From assembly GCA_046563655.1 (NCBI GenBank), contig CM102283.1, forward strand, positions 2,170,001 to 2,234,000: a stretch of 64,000 bases of DNA. Direction: 5' to 3'. The DNA comes from Yuukianura sp. NJ FZ-2021 (taxonomy: Eukaryota). Positions 25,445-38,264 of the stretch are shown here, piece after piece. Below the pieces are notes generated by a model. That model did not search any database, was not told where the DNA came from, and worked only from the letters and a program-made list of their open reading frames with translations. A program made the translations under genes and the position numbers. The stretch's first letter is position 1; every line of letters begins with the position of its first letter.

Positions 25445-26659
25445 TTAGTAGCACTTGCCGCATTTCCGGTCGTTGGACCGTCCACTCCAGACGCCTGACT
25501 TGTACTTGTCAGCTCGTCTTTGACTTTGCTTCTTGCAGTTGTTCTTGACCTTGTTGTTGTTCGTCAACGTGGCAGTGACAACGTCCTTGAGGAGTAATGC
25601 AGCAGTATTGTTGTTCAACGGTGCAACTCCTCGCGGTTTCAGTTGTTGTCCAGCAACACGCTGTGTTGCTGCTGGTGCTGGATTTTGTACTGCTGCTGGC
25701 TGAATATGACGTTGATGACGTTCCACTGGTTGAACTTCGTCTTCTTCTGGAGCCGAGCCAAGTTCTCGTTCCAATTGGTTCAAAGTTGATGACGGTGGTA
25801 GTTGATTTATTGCTGGCTGAGTTGAGTTTAGCTCAGGGTTGAGCTGGTCAGTGCCTACGGAGGACAACAGTTCATCTCTTTCCACGATTCTGTAAAAATA
25901 AACAAATTAATCGTAAGAATTATGATTCATTTAGGAATAAATTAGGATTTATGTGTCAACTAGAACAGTAGAGTGAAATTACCGTTCAGAATTCCCTGAC
26001 AAATGTAACCTACTCAAGCTGCTAAAAGTTGCGACATTGCAACTATGTGTTAACTTTTGGTTAAGAATGGAAATTACGAGGAAACGGAATGCCTGAAATT
26101 AACAAGTGGGTTCGTTGACCTACATTAGATTAGGAAACGTCAAGTAACACGCAGCTGAAGCTAACTCGTCTTCTTTTGACCTCGTTAACATGTAACTCAT
26201 CTCTATCATTAACGTTCATCCAACAACATTCTAATGATTTCCAAAATTTCAAAATTCAAGAAAACATCGAATTCGAGATGCAGTTTCCTCCAATAGAAAG
26301 TTTGGAAAAAAACGAAATCAATGCAGAACATTATACTGCAGAAATCGAAAAAAGAATCATGTCAAAAATTTGAATCTTGAAATTCTAGATTGGGGAATAT
26401 ATCCAGGAACCCTGAATTTATAAATCCAGGATTTAGGAATCTAGGAATTTTGATTCTGGAAATCCCCGATCTGGAAATTCAGCTACTAGTATGATTAATC
26501 GAGATAACTTTAATTAGTTTAAGCTTACCCATAGTCGTCCAGTGAAGTTGAAAGTATGTTTGGGTCATTATTGTCCACTAGAACCCAGTCCTCTTCTGGC
26601 TTGATTCCTTGTTCACAGGGCTGATTCTTGGTTCCATAAAAGTAGTTCAGTAGAAACAT
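25445..26659 (-). CDS. Divergent DOR/TP53INP-like autophagy regulator; coding exons 26659-26529, 25889-25445
   Basis: N-terminus MFLLNYFYG; acidic LIR-like motif EEDWVLV; low-complexity middle; basic C-terminus ending SGRSNDRKCGKCY, resembling arthropod DOR ends. Phase-2 GT-AG intron. Confidence 0.55.
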
Positions 26660-29549
26660 TTCCTATCAATGGAAAGTTAATTAATTAAGTGTAAGATTAA
26701 GATTTGTGGAGGGAAGGATGATGAGTTGAAGTGGGCCCTGTGAACGAGGAACTGGCAAAAAAAGAAAGAGTTACACGACAGAAAGGAAAGGAAGAAGAAA
26801 CTATACGGACTTTTTCCTTGACGACGACGTATGCAGAAATGGTTTACCTTGGGTTTTGCCAGGGACTTCCTGGCAGGGAGAGAATCAGCTGATCGATAAT
26901 GGAGCCAACTCAAGCACCAGTCCTTGTCGTTGCTCGAGCTGTCAACGAACTCTTCCTAGCCTTTCGCCCATGTTGTTGCTACGGCCGATCTGCGCATGGG
27001 CTGGATGGATCCTACATATATAGCAAAAATACCCTTTACAAATCAACTCCAAGTCCTTGGGTAATAACAACACTTTGTAGTTTTGGTATGGTACTCACAT
27101 TTGGCAAAGTAATCACGAGAAAACGTTATGTCCTTCCTCCCAACAACAGCCCCCTCTCGTCCAAGTCTTTCTCGTGTCCAACTGGGGTATACTGGTAGCT
27201 TTTTAGCCATCGTCATATCGTCCATCTTCATCCTAGTTACGACCAGTAGCAGCCACCAGAGACTCATTGGATCCTTTTCTAGTATTGCCCTATTGTGTCA
27301 AAAGATACAAACGTTTTGTCATTTCGTTAGACCGTGACCGTAACCATGACCAGAGGAAATCGGAATCATGGAGGAGTTGGTGACTTACCGAATGAAGACA
27401 AACAAATGCATTGGGCACAACAGGAAAGGCGGTGACTGTCATCAGAGAGACAGAGACAGAAGTCGTTGTTCTTTCTTGTCACTGTTGTGGTCCTAACGAC
27501 ATTGACACCCGATCACTTCCGGTTCCGGAAGGACTCTCCTTACATGACACAATTAATCATGATTTATAACGTTAACGTTCCACTTTAACTAATTTGACAA
27601 GAATTGAATTGAGATGAGAGAAAAAAAAAAACACGTTGAGAAACAGAGTCTAATCATGTGTCATTGTTTGTTGACATTATTTTCCCGCCGTTAAAAAATT
27701 TAAATTTTTGAATATCACCGTCCACCCAAACTCCCGCCATTTTTGGCATTCCTTCATTTAGGACGCTTCTGAACTCGTTCTTATGAACATGAGCGTGAAC
27801 GTGACCTTTGACCTTAGCTTTTTTCCAACAGGATTTTTCCTGTTGCTGTTTTTCCATTTTCCTGTTGGTACTTTTTTAATGTTGAAACAGCTGGTATGTT
27901 ATTGACGAAGTTTTGCCTGCTGGTTAATGGTTCATGACAGAATCCATGATGGTGACATTGATGTCACATTGAGAAGAGCCAAGAAAGTTCCGCTGACACA
28001 TTGACACGAAGAGCACGAGAGCAACAGCAGTGGGTTCCGGGACCATGTCACCTTCAAAACGTTAAAAGCTTGAGTTTCGTACACTTGATGGTGTTTATAC
28101 AGAATTAACAATTCGTGATGCAATTTTGAGTGAAACTGAAACTAAAAATAGAACTTTAAAGTTGTGTAGTTCCTCTGTTCAAAATTCAAGTATTTTGGTT
28201 TTTGTATTCAACTCAAGTTTACCGACAAGTGGAGCTAAGAGCCAAAGAACACTTTCTCAAAATGAAATTGAAAAACGAAAGTAATGTTACACCCAGTCTT
28301 TAATTTTAAACAATTCCTTGGCACGATTCCTAAAAAGCAAAAAAAAATGGAAACAGAACCAAACTAACTAACAAACTAACTTTTAACTTCAACGATTTTC
28401 TTAATTTTTTTTTCTGGTAAAACTTGCTCAAAGCTGTACATTTTGGAAAATTTGAACAAAAATAATTTGTCCCAATGCTAAAAGTAATGTTCTGCATCTC
28501 TGTTAAGTACTAAATGCATGAGATGACCTATTTGACCTTTTGACCTTTACCTTCTTTGAGTGGCAAATGACCTCTGACGCTCTGTTTTTCCTCGAACTTA
28601 AAACCAGAGGGAACTTCTATTACATTTGGCATCTAAAAATAGATTTGTAAGCTAAAGTGGCCAAATTGACTAACTGAATAACGATTACTTTGTAGGCGCA
28701 TCTTCTCAGTTCTTCTAAGAACCCAAAATCTTAGTTAGTATCGCCCCCACCATCACCATAGCATAGGAAATACAGTGTAGTCTCTTATATCAATTAAGTT
28801 CATGCCATTACCATCAATTACTGTTACAGCTTAAGCCTATCACTCGTATCACTCAAGTACTAAAAGTACTAAAAGTTGTTATACCCCCATATTCGTGCAG
28901 GTTTTTCTGGAAGAGAAGATCTTGTTCCTCTCATGTCCATCTTCACTTTGTTGCCTAGCAACGCACTCATCTCACTCCTCATCTCTTCCATCCCTGTCAC
29001 CTTATAAGTTTTTGTTATACCAATTTTTTTACCCGCGTAATTCCAAATTTTGAAGATTTGGGTTTAGGGGGGGATGAAATTTTGGGGGTGGGGGGTATTT
29101 CCATGAGTCAGATGAGCAGAATTTGTACCCTGAAAGTGCACTGTACCTTTGTCTCCATCTCACTAATGTTAAGGACTCAGAGTTAGTTGGGGTAAGAACC
29201 GACAAGAATAGACCAACAATACCCTCGGTATGGCAGTACCCAAGTCATTGTTCAGTGGTCCACCAGAGTAGTCACAACGTGTGTCAAGTGTTGGACAAAA
29301 GAAATTGTCTCTTTGAACGGACAATTTTAGTCAATATTCCACTAGTATTCAAAATATATCTCACACCTTGTAAATTAACATCATGTAAAGTGTAAATTTG
29401 CAGGAGTTAGTTTTAAACTAAGTTCTGTGTTGAATGAAAACTATAAAAGTGAAACTGTAATGTAAGAGCTGCTTACATCGGTTGGAAGTGGCAGTGCGAA
29501 TTTGTTAAATTTAAAGTTAAGGTTGTTAAGTTAAAGTGTTTTGTTACTT

Positions 29550-32500
29550 ATGTCACATAGCGTGAGGTCAATCATGGATTCCTCAAATGGTTTATGTTGT
29601 GACCTTAGACTGAGACCAAAATGGCCCAAGGCCAAGTCATGTACAGTCTTTGTTGTGCTAATGCTCCTCATGTGCCAAAGGTCAAAGGTCGTCGCTGGTG
29701 GTTACATTGAACGTAAGACCATTAAACATTAATATTGCAACTACTGAAACATAATTTAACTTTTTAGTAATCCTAAAATTTGAGATTTCCAAATTTTCGA
29801 TTTTTCAGTTCCGCAATCGATTTGTGGTTGGTACCAATCACAAATCGATTGAAAAAAGTTTGCCTAACTAAAGTTTGACCTTACGCATACATGGAAGATA
29901 TGTGCCTAGATAGGATACAACAGTTGAACAGTTTGTATTAGTGTTGAGCATTGAAAGGTTAAAGGTCAAAGGTCAACCTTTAAACAAATGAAGTTGACCT
30001 TTGACAGTTTTTATGTTTTGTGCAACTTTGCGCATGAGCTTTTTCGTCGTTCGTGATTTTGAGTTATTAAGTAGCGAAAGCATGAGCTACTTTATGTTTT
30101 TCCCCGAGTCTGTCTGTCTGTCTGTCTGTCCGTCTGTCTGTCCGTCTGTCTGTCCGTCTGCTGGTCAAGCTAGCTCTGGAACCGCTGGACCGATTTTCAA
30201 TCTGTCTTTACAGATGAACTTGACATGGCCTGGGGGTGAACAATCGGTGACCCTTTTGACCGGAAGTAGACCCCTTAAGGGTCAAAGGTCAAGGTCAAGT
30301 ACAATTATGACAGAAATCGGAAAAATGACCTCTACAAAAGTTGTTCATCTCATTGAACTGAACAACTTTTGTATAGGTGACCTTGACCTTTGACCTGGGG
30401 TTCTGGAGATATAGACCTTAGATGTTGCATAATGGGGTGTCTCGTGCTATTCGCGTCTATAACTCCAGAACCACTGGAGCGATTTTCAATCTGTCTTCAC
30501 ATTTCTACTTCACATATTCCAGCGGTGTCTAAACAGTATCCAGCTTGACCGGATGTTGTCCATGTCCGGGTCAAAGGTCAAGGTCAAATACAAGTTTGAC
30601 AGAAATCGGGAAAATGGCCTTTACAAAAGTTGTTCATCTCATCGAGACGAACAACTTTTGTACAGGTGACCTTGACCTTTGACCTAGGGTTCTGGAGATA
30701 TAGACCTTGAAAGTTGCATAATGGCGTCGCCCATGCTATTCGCGTCTATAACTCCAGACCCACTGGACCGATTTTCAATCTGTTTCCACATTTGCGTTTC
30801 ACATATTCCAGGGGTGTCTAATCAGTGTCCAGCTTGACCGGAAGTTGTCCATGTCCAGGTCAAAGGTCAAGGTCAAATACTTTATTTACGGAAATCGAAA
30901 AAATGACTTCTACAAAAGTTGTTTATCTCATTGGGCTGAACAACTTTTGTAAAGGTGACCTTGACCTTTGATCATCGGTTACAGAGATACAGACGATAGA
31001 AGTTGCAAAATTGCGTCCCTCGTCCTATTCGGGGAAGCATACTTTATGTTTTCCCCGAGTCTGGCTGTCTGTCTGTCCGTCTGCTTGTCTGCCTGTCTGT
31101 CCGTCTGCCTGTCTGCACTATAACTATACCTCCGAAACCCCTGGACCGATTTGCAATCTGTTTTCGTAAATCGGTTTGTCATACCCTGGGGTGATGAATG
31201 CGGCTCCGGTTAGACCGGAAGTGCACAATTTCCGGATTGTGTGCTCTAGCTTCCTTTCGCTACTTATGTACGGCGTTTACTACGGTTTATTAAGTAGCGA
31301 AAGTATGAGCTACTTTATGTTTTTTCTTTGATGTACGCTGCCCTTGAGCAAATTTTATTTCGTTTTTATTTGCAACCCCAAGGACCTTGTGCGGTTTTTA
31401 ACTACCTCTAAGCGTTACTACATTCTTCACTATAAGGTTTTTATTATATTTTTTCCAATTATATATTATTTTATATATTTTAATTATTTGTTTCGTTTTT
31501 TCGAAAAGTTCAGAGTCATGACTCGGACACTTAAATGTTTATTTCCTGCTTTTGACGAGTGCAAAAGCCTTTTTGTTAATTTTTTTTTCGGAAGAACGAG
31601 AACCTTTCAGCATTTGCCATTTTTTCAATCAAGGTGCAAGGTACATAGCACAGTGGTGACTACACCATGGGAATTTTTTGAGAACCGGAAAGGACGCGGT
31701 TTTGGCAATTGCACTTAAACTCACAACTGACCCCTGATTCAATTCATTCAATTGCAGCCTTAAGTGATTGACCTCTGGAAAAGGTCACGTTGGACTTTTT
31801 ACTTTAACGAGAAAACGATGTTAGACTAAATTTAAAGTTACCGCCAACGATATTCTTCGTCTCCCACCGCGCTAAAGACAACGTTTACTTAACGGATATT
31901 AATTTATGCCGAATGAATCATCCTGAGGTAACGATTCGAGAAATTTCTTCTTTCTTTGGCAAGTGCCAAAAAATAACGGTGGAAGATCCGCCGTTTCGAA
32001 AAATTGCAATGCTAAGTATGGTTTGCTTTACAGTTGCACGTTTTTGATTTATGAGTTTCAAACATTGTTAAGTTAAAGTCCGGAAATAAATTTCAAAAAT
32101 CTTCATCCGCAAATATTTCCTCCAGTCGAATTTTTTTTTTTTTAATATTTTTGGCCATTTTTTTTTGTCTCAATCCACGTTTTACGTCATTTATTATTGG
32201 TATAAAATACGTTCTGCTGATTCAGCAGTTAATTGGTCTCACTGTTTAAATAACTCTAAATCTTCCACCTAAATTTCTCGCTTTTTGAAATTTGGAATTT
32301 TGTTTATAATAAATGATATATTAATTAATGTATTATAAACATTTTTTTTTACAGAGTACTTGAACAATCCAGAACTTTGTCCTCCAGTCGGTAAACTGCC
32401 GAGTATTGGATACTTGTTTAGAGAAACAATTCGACTTGCGAATTATCCAAATCACACAGTCGTCGTAAAGCTCAGTCGCTGGCAAGAACGAAATCCCCCC

Positions 32501-33676
32501 GCTGCTCATCTCAACTTCCGATGCACTTTTGACGTCACTGCTCCAAAGGTAGTTCGTAATTACATAATTACAATAACTTAAGTAATTACACAACTAATTA
32601 TAATTTCAACTAAATATGATTTTCATTTTTAAATTTATAGAATCATGGAATCATGATGACGATTCGTAGTCTACATCTTCGGCGTTTCTCACAACAAGCT
32701 TCCTGTATCGACTATCTCAAAGTAAGCACTTAGGCGGTATTTTCAAATTTTTTGAGTTTTTTTTTTAATTTTCAAAATTTTGAAATTCAGTTTAAGCCGA
32801 AACGTTCCGGTGCTTTACCGCATGTTTGCGGAGATGTGGACCAATCAGACAAGAATGCTGAAGCGGACGGTTTGATTGGTCCAAGATTTGTGTATGATCC
32901 ACATTCAGAGCTAGATGTGACCATAGTCACTGATGCTGCCACTCCCAACGATGCACACAAACCACTTCAAGTCGAGCTTGTCTTTACTGCCGTTAAAGGT
33001 AAGGAAAAACTGAAAAATATATTAATAAATTATTATATTAATACATTTTAATATATTTTAATACATTTTAAACACTTTTGTAGCCTGTTCTATTCCTGAC
33101 CTGCAACGGGGCAAAGTGAGACAATGTACAATCAAAACTCCGAATTCATGCATTCCCGCCGACCTCTTCTGTGACGGCACAGTTAACTGCGGAATAGAAG
33201 GTGATTTCGGTGAAGACGAGCGTGAGTGTGCCGAGAAACCGAAAGCCGTTAGCCGAGCAATGTCGGTTTTCATCTTCGGCATGACCGCGGTCGGTACGCT
33301 GGTGACCGTTGCGGTTATAGTGTTGCTGATTTGCTGCTGCTGTCGCAAATGCACGAAGAAAACAAATTCACGAAGGAGTTCGACTGATGCCGAACAGCAA
33401 GCCGAATTAGACCGACCGCGAACTCCGCCCACTGCCTTCATTCCTTCAGCTTTACGCAGGCCCAGGTAAGCATTTGATAGTTTTTGAAATTTCTGAAATT
33501 GAAATTTTGAAATTTGACCTTTGACCTTTTAAATTTTTAGCACACCAACAGCTCCGCCCGAGGCGAGAGAAATGCCGACGTTCAGGTCGTTAACACCCAA
33601 GCCTTATCCAGAAGACGAAGATTTACCCCCATCTTACAAAGACTTATTTCCAAACTCGGGGACAATCAAGCGGTAG
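29550..33676 (+). CDS. CUB-like + LDLa single-pass membrane protein (paralog 3); exons 29550-29712, 32355-32548, 32641-~32720, 32791-32998, 33084-33465, 33541-33676
   Basis: The exon 1/2 junction YIE-Q-YL mirrors YKDE-Q-YL in paralog 2. Also VVKLSRWQE...LNFRCTFDVTAPK|NHGI...CIDYLK; LDLa CIPADLFCDGTVNCG...GEDEREC; TM with CCCC; DLPPSYKDLF. Confidence 0.75.
30065..31325 (+). mobile_element. Helentron-associated/DINE-1-like element with three 289-bp internal tandem units
   Basis: Head TAAGTAGCGAAAG, (GTCY)n microsatellite, GGTCAAAGGTCAAGGTCAA at 30280/30569/30858, sub-terminal inverse CTTTCGCTACTTA near 31254, and the head repeated at ~31290. Confidence 0.7.
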
Positions 33677-34708
33677 AACAATTAGGCTAACCTAATCTAG
33701 CTCCAGAGTTAACCTACTTAACCTAATCTTAGTTAAAATTGTTAAGTATATGAAATATTTTAATTGTTATTGTGCACAAAAGTCTGTACAACTTGTGTCC
33801 ATGCATAACAAAGCACACAAGTTCTCTATATGCACAAAAGAGGCTGTAAATTTGAGTCCCCCTGCACAACTTGTAACTATGCATATTGTGTGCACAGCAC
33901 AATCGCGTAGATCCGTGCACATTTAAAATCAAAAGTCAATTGAGAGATCAAGTTTGCACTGGAAAAGAGCGGTAATTGAACAAAAGTGCCTTTAATCTCT
34001 GTAACACTAACTATACTAACTTGTTGTAGTTGTTAAGCTCCTCCTCCTCTGCATGAAAGGGGCGTGGCCTACAGCCAAGATATTTTCATATTTATTTAGC
34101 ACTGTTTTAGTTACATATCTTAAGTTAATTTATAGCGTAAGTTAAGTGAATTATCCAATTTCCAATTACAACGTTGGAAAATTTTGAAGACTCCACACTT
34201 CAATAACATCACAACAAAATTGCTCACTACGAACATAAGTTGTGCAAAAATAGAAAGAATTTGTGCGTGCAGTTGTTGCACATGTTAAATTTAGGCTTCC
34301 ATGTACCACGGTGCTTTAAGTCACTTTGTTCACGTTTTTTTAGACTAAAAACTTTAGAAAAAGCACCTTGTTTTGTTCTAAATTTGTTTCTAAAAATGAA
34401 TAAATTTTGTTACAGTTTCATAAATTTCAAAATTCTATCTATCAAAGTTTCAGTTGACTGCTGGCGAAAAATGTGGTCATATGCTTTAATGTTGTGTTTG
34501 GATTCACAAATTATGTTGTTGCATTTTTTTTTACACTATTCTAGATAAAAGTAGTATAAAATCTGAAAAAAAATGTATGAATTATGCAATGTCATTGCTT
34601 CCGGAGCAGAATTTGTTATATGCCAAAATCGTGATATGATGTATGATTTATGCACACTTTGGAATTGTGTCAGCAAAAAAAAAAATCATTTGCAGCGAAG
34701 ATTCTCCG

Positions 34709-35235
34709 GGAGCACGTCATTGTTTCGAATGAATTGTTTCTAAGCGCTTTGCTTCGAAGGAATTATTTCAATCGAATTACTTTTAAAAGCAAATTGTTTC
34801 TAAAGGTCAATTCTGTCAAACGAATTGTTTTCTAAAAAAATATTTGCTCTAAAGGTCGATTGTGTTAAATGGAAGATTCCTTCGAACAAAATTGTTTCTA
34901 AAAAAATTGTGGCAACAGCTGATTTGTTTCGAAAAGATTTTAAAGAATTAATTCTAAACTACGATTTTTTCAACAAAAATATTTTAGAAAAAAAAAACGT
35001 ATTTTTTGTGTTTGATTTCAAAGATTAAATTTTTGGGATTCAGCCTTCGAAACAATTCTGTTCGAAACAATTTCGCTCGCAGCAATGTGCCTTTTTAAAC
35101 AATAATAATTGTTACCATACAGTATTTATTATTGACCTTCAGAAATACTTTACTTTTAGAAGCAAATTCAATTTGAAACAATTCCTTCGAAACAAAGTGC
35201 TTAGAAACAATTGAATTGAAACAATGGCATGGGTC
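34709..35235. repeat. Foldback-type element with long imperfect inverted arms of ~15-bp subunits
   Basis: ATTGTTTCGAATGAATTGTTTCTAAGCGCTTTGCTTCGAAGGAATT is mirrored by AATTCCTTCGAAACAAAGTGCTTAGAAACAATTGAATTGAAACAAT. Confidence 0.55.
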
Positions 35236-35411
35236 CGATTATGCAACAAAAAGTGAAAGTATACTTAAGTGGTAGGTAATTCAAATTAAATTTGAAGAAC
35301 GCTATTGTTAAAAATGGCCACAATTTGGAATCCGGTGAAACCGTTTTGTAAAATTTTGGTTTCAAATCAGAAGGACAAATTTTCGTTTTTCAGTTGTTAC
35401 TTGCGTCTACA

Positions 35412-36500
35412 ATGGCATCCACTTCACATTTCTGTCGAAAATTGATTTCAGTTGTAGCGCTAATTGTGGTAATCATAATGTTAATGATTAATTATAACTT
35501 AATTATTAATCAAACTGACGACACAAACACGATTAACCCAGTTTCAGCTGAAATTGAAATTTCGACCATACTGTCATCTCAACAAATGTCAACTTTAACA
35601 GTTCCTGCCAAAAACGTCACTTGGACGCCCTTACTTGGTTGGATTCTGCATTTCAACTATGAACCACATCCAGCAGCTCTCCAGATACTGTTGCACTTCT
35701 ATGCAAAACACTTCGTGAGTATCGTCATTGTGTCACCGACAGGCAGAATTGGAAAACTACTGGAATTCAGTACTTCCCACGCAGACGCAGAAGTGATCTG
35801 GGCACCTCCTTGTGACAACAAACTGCATGGGTATGTTGCAGGAGTGATGATGCGATGCTACGCCAGAGGGCTGGAACTGCTCCAAAAGAGCGCCAATTTT
35901 CAAAAAGTGGAGTACGTCGTTCTGTCCAACGATGACGTCATTTTGAACATGACCAAAGTGAGGGAGTTTGCGCGGGAACGACGACCAGTGTCACATGCGG
36001 CGCCAAAACAAGATGCTCCACCCATGTTTGCTCCGCCTCCACCCGCAGACGATAACGGAGAAGTGTCGTACTTCAAGGGGTGGGTCTACGCCGGCGCGTG
36101 GCCGGAATGCCAAAAAGTGTTTTCAAAAGTGCCGCAAAAATTCAAAAACAAATTTTTGGAAACTCAAGGTGACAAAGCACTTACGGGTGGTTGTGACGTT
36201 TTCTTTTTGCCGCCCGAAGTCGTTCCGGAATTCGTTTTTCTGTCGACGATTGTTTCCGAGTGTTGGTTGGAAATGGGAATTCCGAACTCTTTGGCCATGC
36301 TGTCCAATCCTGTTAAATTTTACATCCCGCCTTCGGAAGTATTCATGTATCGATGGTGGGGAAATTTGGTAACCCCGACAATTTTTGAACAGCAACTGGC
36401 CAATCACTCAATCGTGTCTTTTCATCCATTCAAGCTCAGCTATCGAGAACACCGAGAAGCCTTTGCTCAATTTATGACAAAATATGAGTTTAATCATTGA
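35412..36500 (+). CDS. Intronless type II membrane glycosyltransferase-like protein (STELLO/DUF288 C-terminal-like), copy 1, subfamily A
   Basis: N-terminal TM anchor; motifs WILHFNYEPHP, YAKHF, SNDDVILN (DxD-like), D-VFFLP, LEMGIP, SFHPFKLS. Confidence 0.7.
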   Translation: MASTSHFCRKLISVVALIVVIIMLMINYNLIINQTDDTNTINPVSAEIEISTILSSQQMSTLTVPAKNVTWTPLLGWILHFNYEPHPAALQILLHFYAKHFVSIVIVSPTGRIGKLLEFSTSHADAEVIWAPPCDNKLHGYVAGVMMRCYARGLELLQKSANFQKVEYVVLSNDDVILNMTKVREFARERRPVSHAAPKQDAPPMFAPPPPADDNGEVSYFKGWVYAGAWPECQKVFSKVPQKFKNKFLETQGDKALTGGCDVFFLPPEVVPEFVFLSTIVSECWLEMGIPNSLAMLSNPVKFYIPPSEVFMYRWWGNLVTPTIFEQQLANHSIVSFHPFKLSYREHREAFAQFMTKYEFNH

Positions 36501-36873
36501 CAATTTCTCATTGACAAATCATTGACAAATTGTGAAATAATAAATTTTACTGTTCAAAGTTTGTTTTCAAATAAATTTTGGAAGTTCCATAACCCATGAA
36601 TAATTTTCTCTTTTTAAAAACTTAAAATACACCAGCATGTGAAGTATGCGCGCTGGGGCCTCGCCACCAACTTCCTCAGTAATTTCCCACACATCTCCAT
36701 GCAAATCATATTACCGCACTGGTATTTTTTTTTTCTAAAATTCGGTTTGAGATTTTTTTTTTCTTTCAAAATTAAAATAACCAATTTGTTACCATGCCAA
36801 CAATTCCACACAAGCACAAAAGCACCTTCTTAATAACAGAGAAGCAAACAAGAGTGTTTTTGGTGAAGTAAAA

Positions 36874-37923
36874 ATGTCACGTGACATGTCCAGGACATTG
36901 ACATTTGCATTGGCGCTAGTGGTCGTCATTTCCTTATACTACAACTACACTTTTGTAACTAACGGTGGAAGGTATAATACAATTTTTAGGTTACAAGACT
37001 ATAGGAGGTCAAAGGTCACGCATGATCTGCGCACCATAAAAATAAAAAGAACGCCCGTCCTAGGCTGGATTCTGCATTTCAACTATGAACCACATCCAGA
37101 AGCTGTCAAGACGCTGTTGCACTTCTATGCAAAACACTTCGTGAGTGTCGTCATCGTGTCACCGACAGGCAGAATCGGAAAACTACTGGAATTGAATACT
37201 TCCCACGCAGACGCAGAAGTGATCTGGGCTCCACCTTGTGAAAACAAACTGCATGGGTATGTTGCACTAGTGATGATGCGATGCTACGCCAGAGGGCTGG
37301 AACTGCTCCAAAAGAGCGCCAATTTTCAAAAAGTGGAGTACGTCATTCTGTCCAACGATGACGTCATTTTGAACATGACGAAAGTGAGGGAGTTTGCGCA
37401 GGAAGGACGACCAGTGTCATATGCTACGCCGAAAGAAGATGCTCCACTCATGTTTGTTCCACCTCCACCGTGGAACGATTCAAACATACCGTATTTCAAG
37501 GGCTGGCGCTACGCCACTGCGTGGCCACAGTGCCAACAAGTTTTTTCAAAAGTGCCACCAAAATTCAAACAAAGATTTTTGGAAACTCAAGGTGACAAGG
37601 CACTCATCGGTGGCTGTGACGTTCTGTTTTTGCCGTCCGAAGTCGTTCCGGAATTCCTCTTTTTGTCGACGATTGTGTCCGAATGCTGGCCAGAAATTGG
37701 CGTTCCGAATACTTTGGTGATGCTGTCCAGTCCAGTCAAATTTTATGTCTCCCCGTCCGAGGTCTTCGTGTATCGCTGGTGGACAAAATTGGTAACTCCG
37801 TCAATGTTTGAACACCAACTGGCCAACCACTCAATCGTGTCTTTTCATCCGTTCAAACTGAGTTATCCAGAACACCGCACAGCATTGGCTCATTTTATGA
37901 CAAAATACAAATTTAGTGATTGA
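36874..37923 (+). CDS. GT-like array copy 2 (subfamily A)
   Basis: 349-aa intact ORF with the same motifs. Confidence 0.7.
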   Translation: MSRDMSRTLTFALALVVVISLYYNYTFVTNGGRYNTIFRLQDYRRSKVTHDLRTIKIKRTPVLGWILHFNYEPHPEAVKTLLHFYAKHFVSVVIVSPTGRIGKLLELNTSHADAEVIWAPPCENKLHGYVALVMMRCYARGLELLQKSANFQKVEYVILSNDDVILNMTKVREFAQEGRPVSYATPKEDAPLMFVPPPPWNDSNIPYFKGWRYATAWPQCQQVFSKVPPKFKQRFLETQGDKALIGGCDVLFLPSEVVPEFLFLSTIVSECWPEIGVPNTLVMLSSPVKFYVSPSEVFVYRWWTKLVTPSMFEHQLANHSIVSFHPFKLSYPEHRTALAHFMTKYKFSD

Positions 37924-38264
37924 CCAATAAGAAAATTCACAATAAACGTATGTAAATTTTGTTTTCCAAAAATTTTTCAAAAATGTTTTTCCAAATTGTG
38001 AAATAATTTTTCTCTTCGAAGTGCTACATTTTTCAACACTTTTTTCTCTTTATCTTTTTTACAATTTAAATCAAACAAGACTGCTTGTCCCGTCTTCTCA
38101 AATCACATTTCCGCATTAGCATTTTTTTTTTCAAAAACCACTTTTTTTTTCAAAATTTGGAAAAAAGGATAACGAATTTGTCACCATGGCAACCATCACA
38201 CACCCACAAAAGCACCATCTAAAAAACAGACATGCAAACACAAGTCTGTGTTGTTGTAGTGAAA

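Noticed and set aside
26819-27540. Selenoprotein or stop-readthrough gene
   Set aside because: The in-frame stops include TAG and TAA as well as TGA, and there is no recognisable selenoprotein homology or SECIS.
30180-31040. CRISPR-like repeat-spacer array
   Set aside because: The whole 289-bp units are homologous with no unique spacers, there are no cas genes, and the context is eukaryotic.
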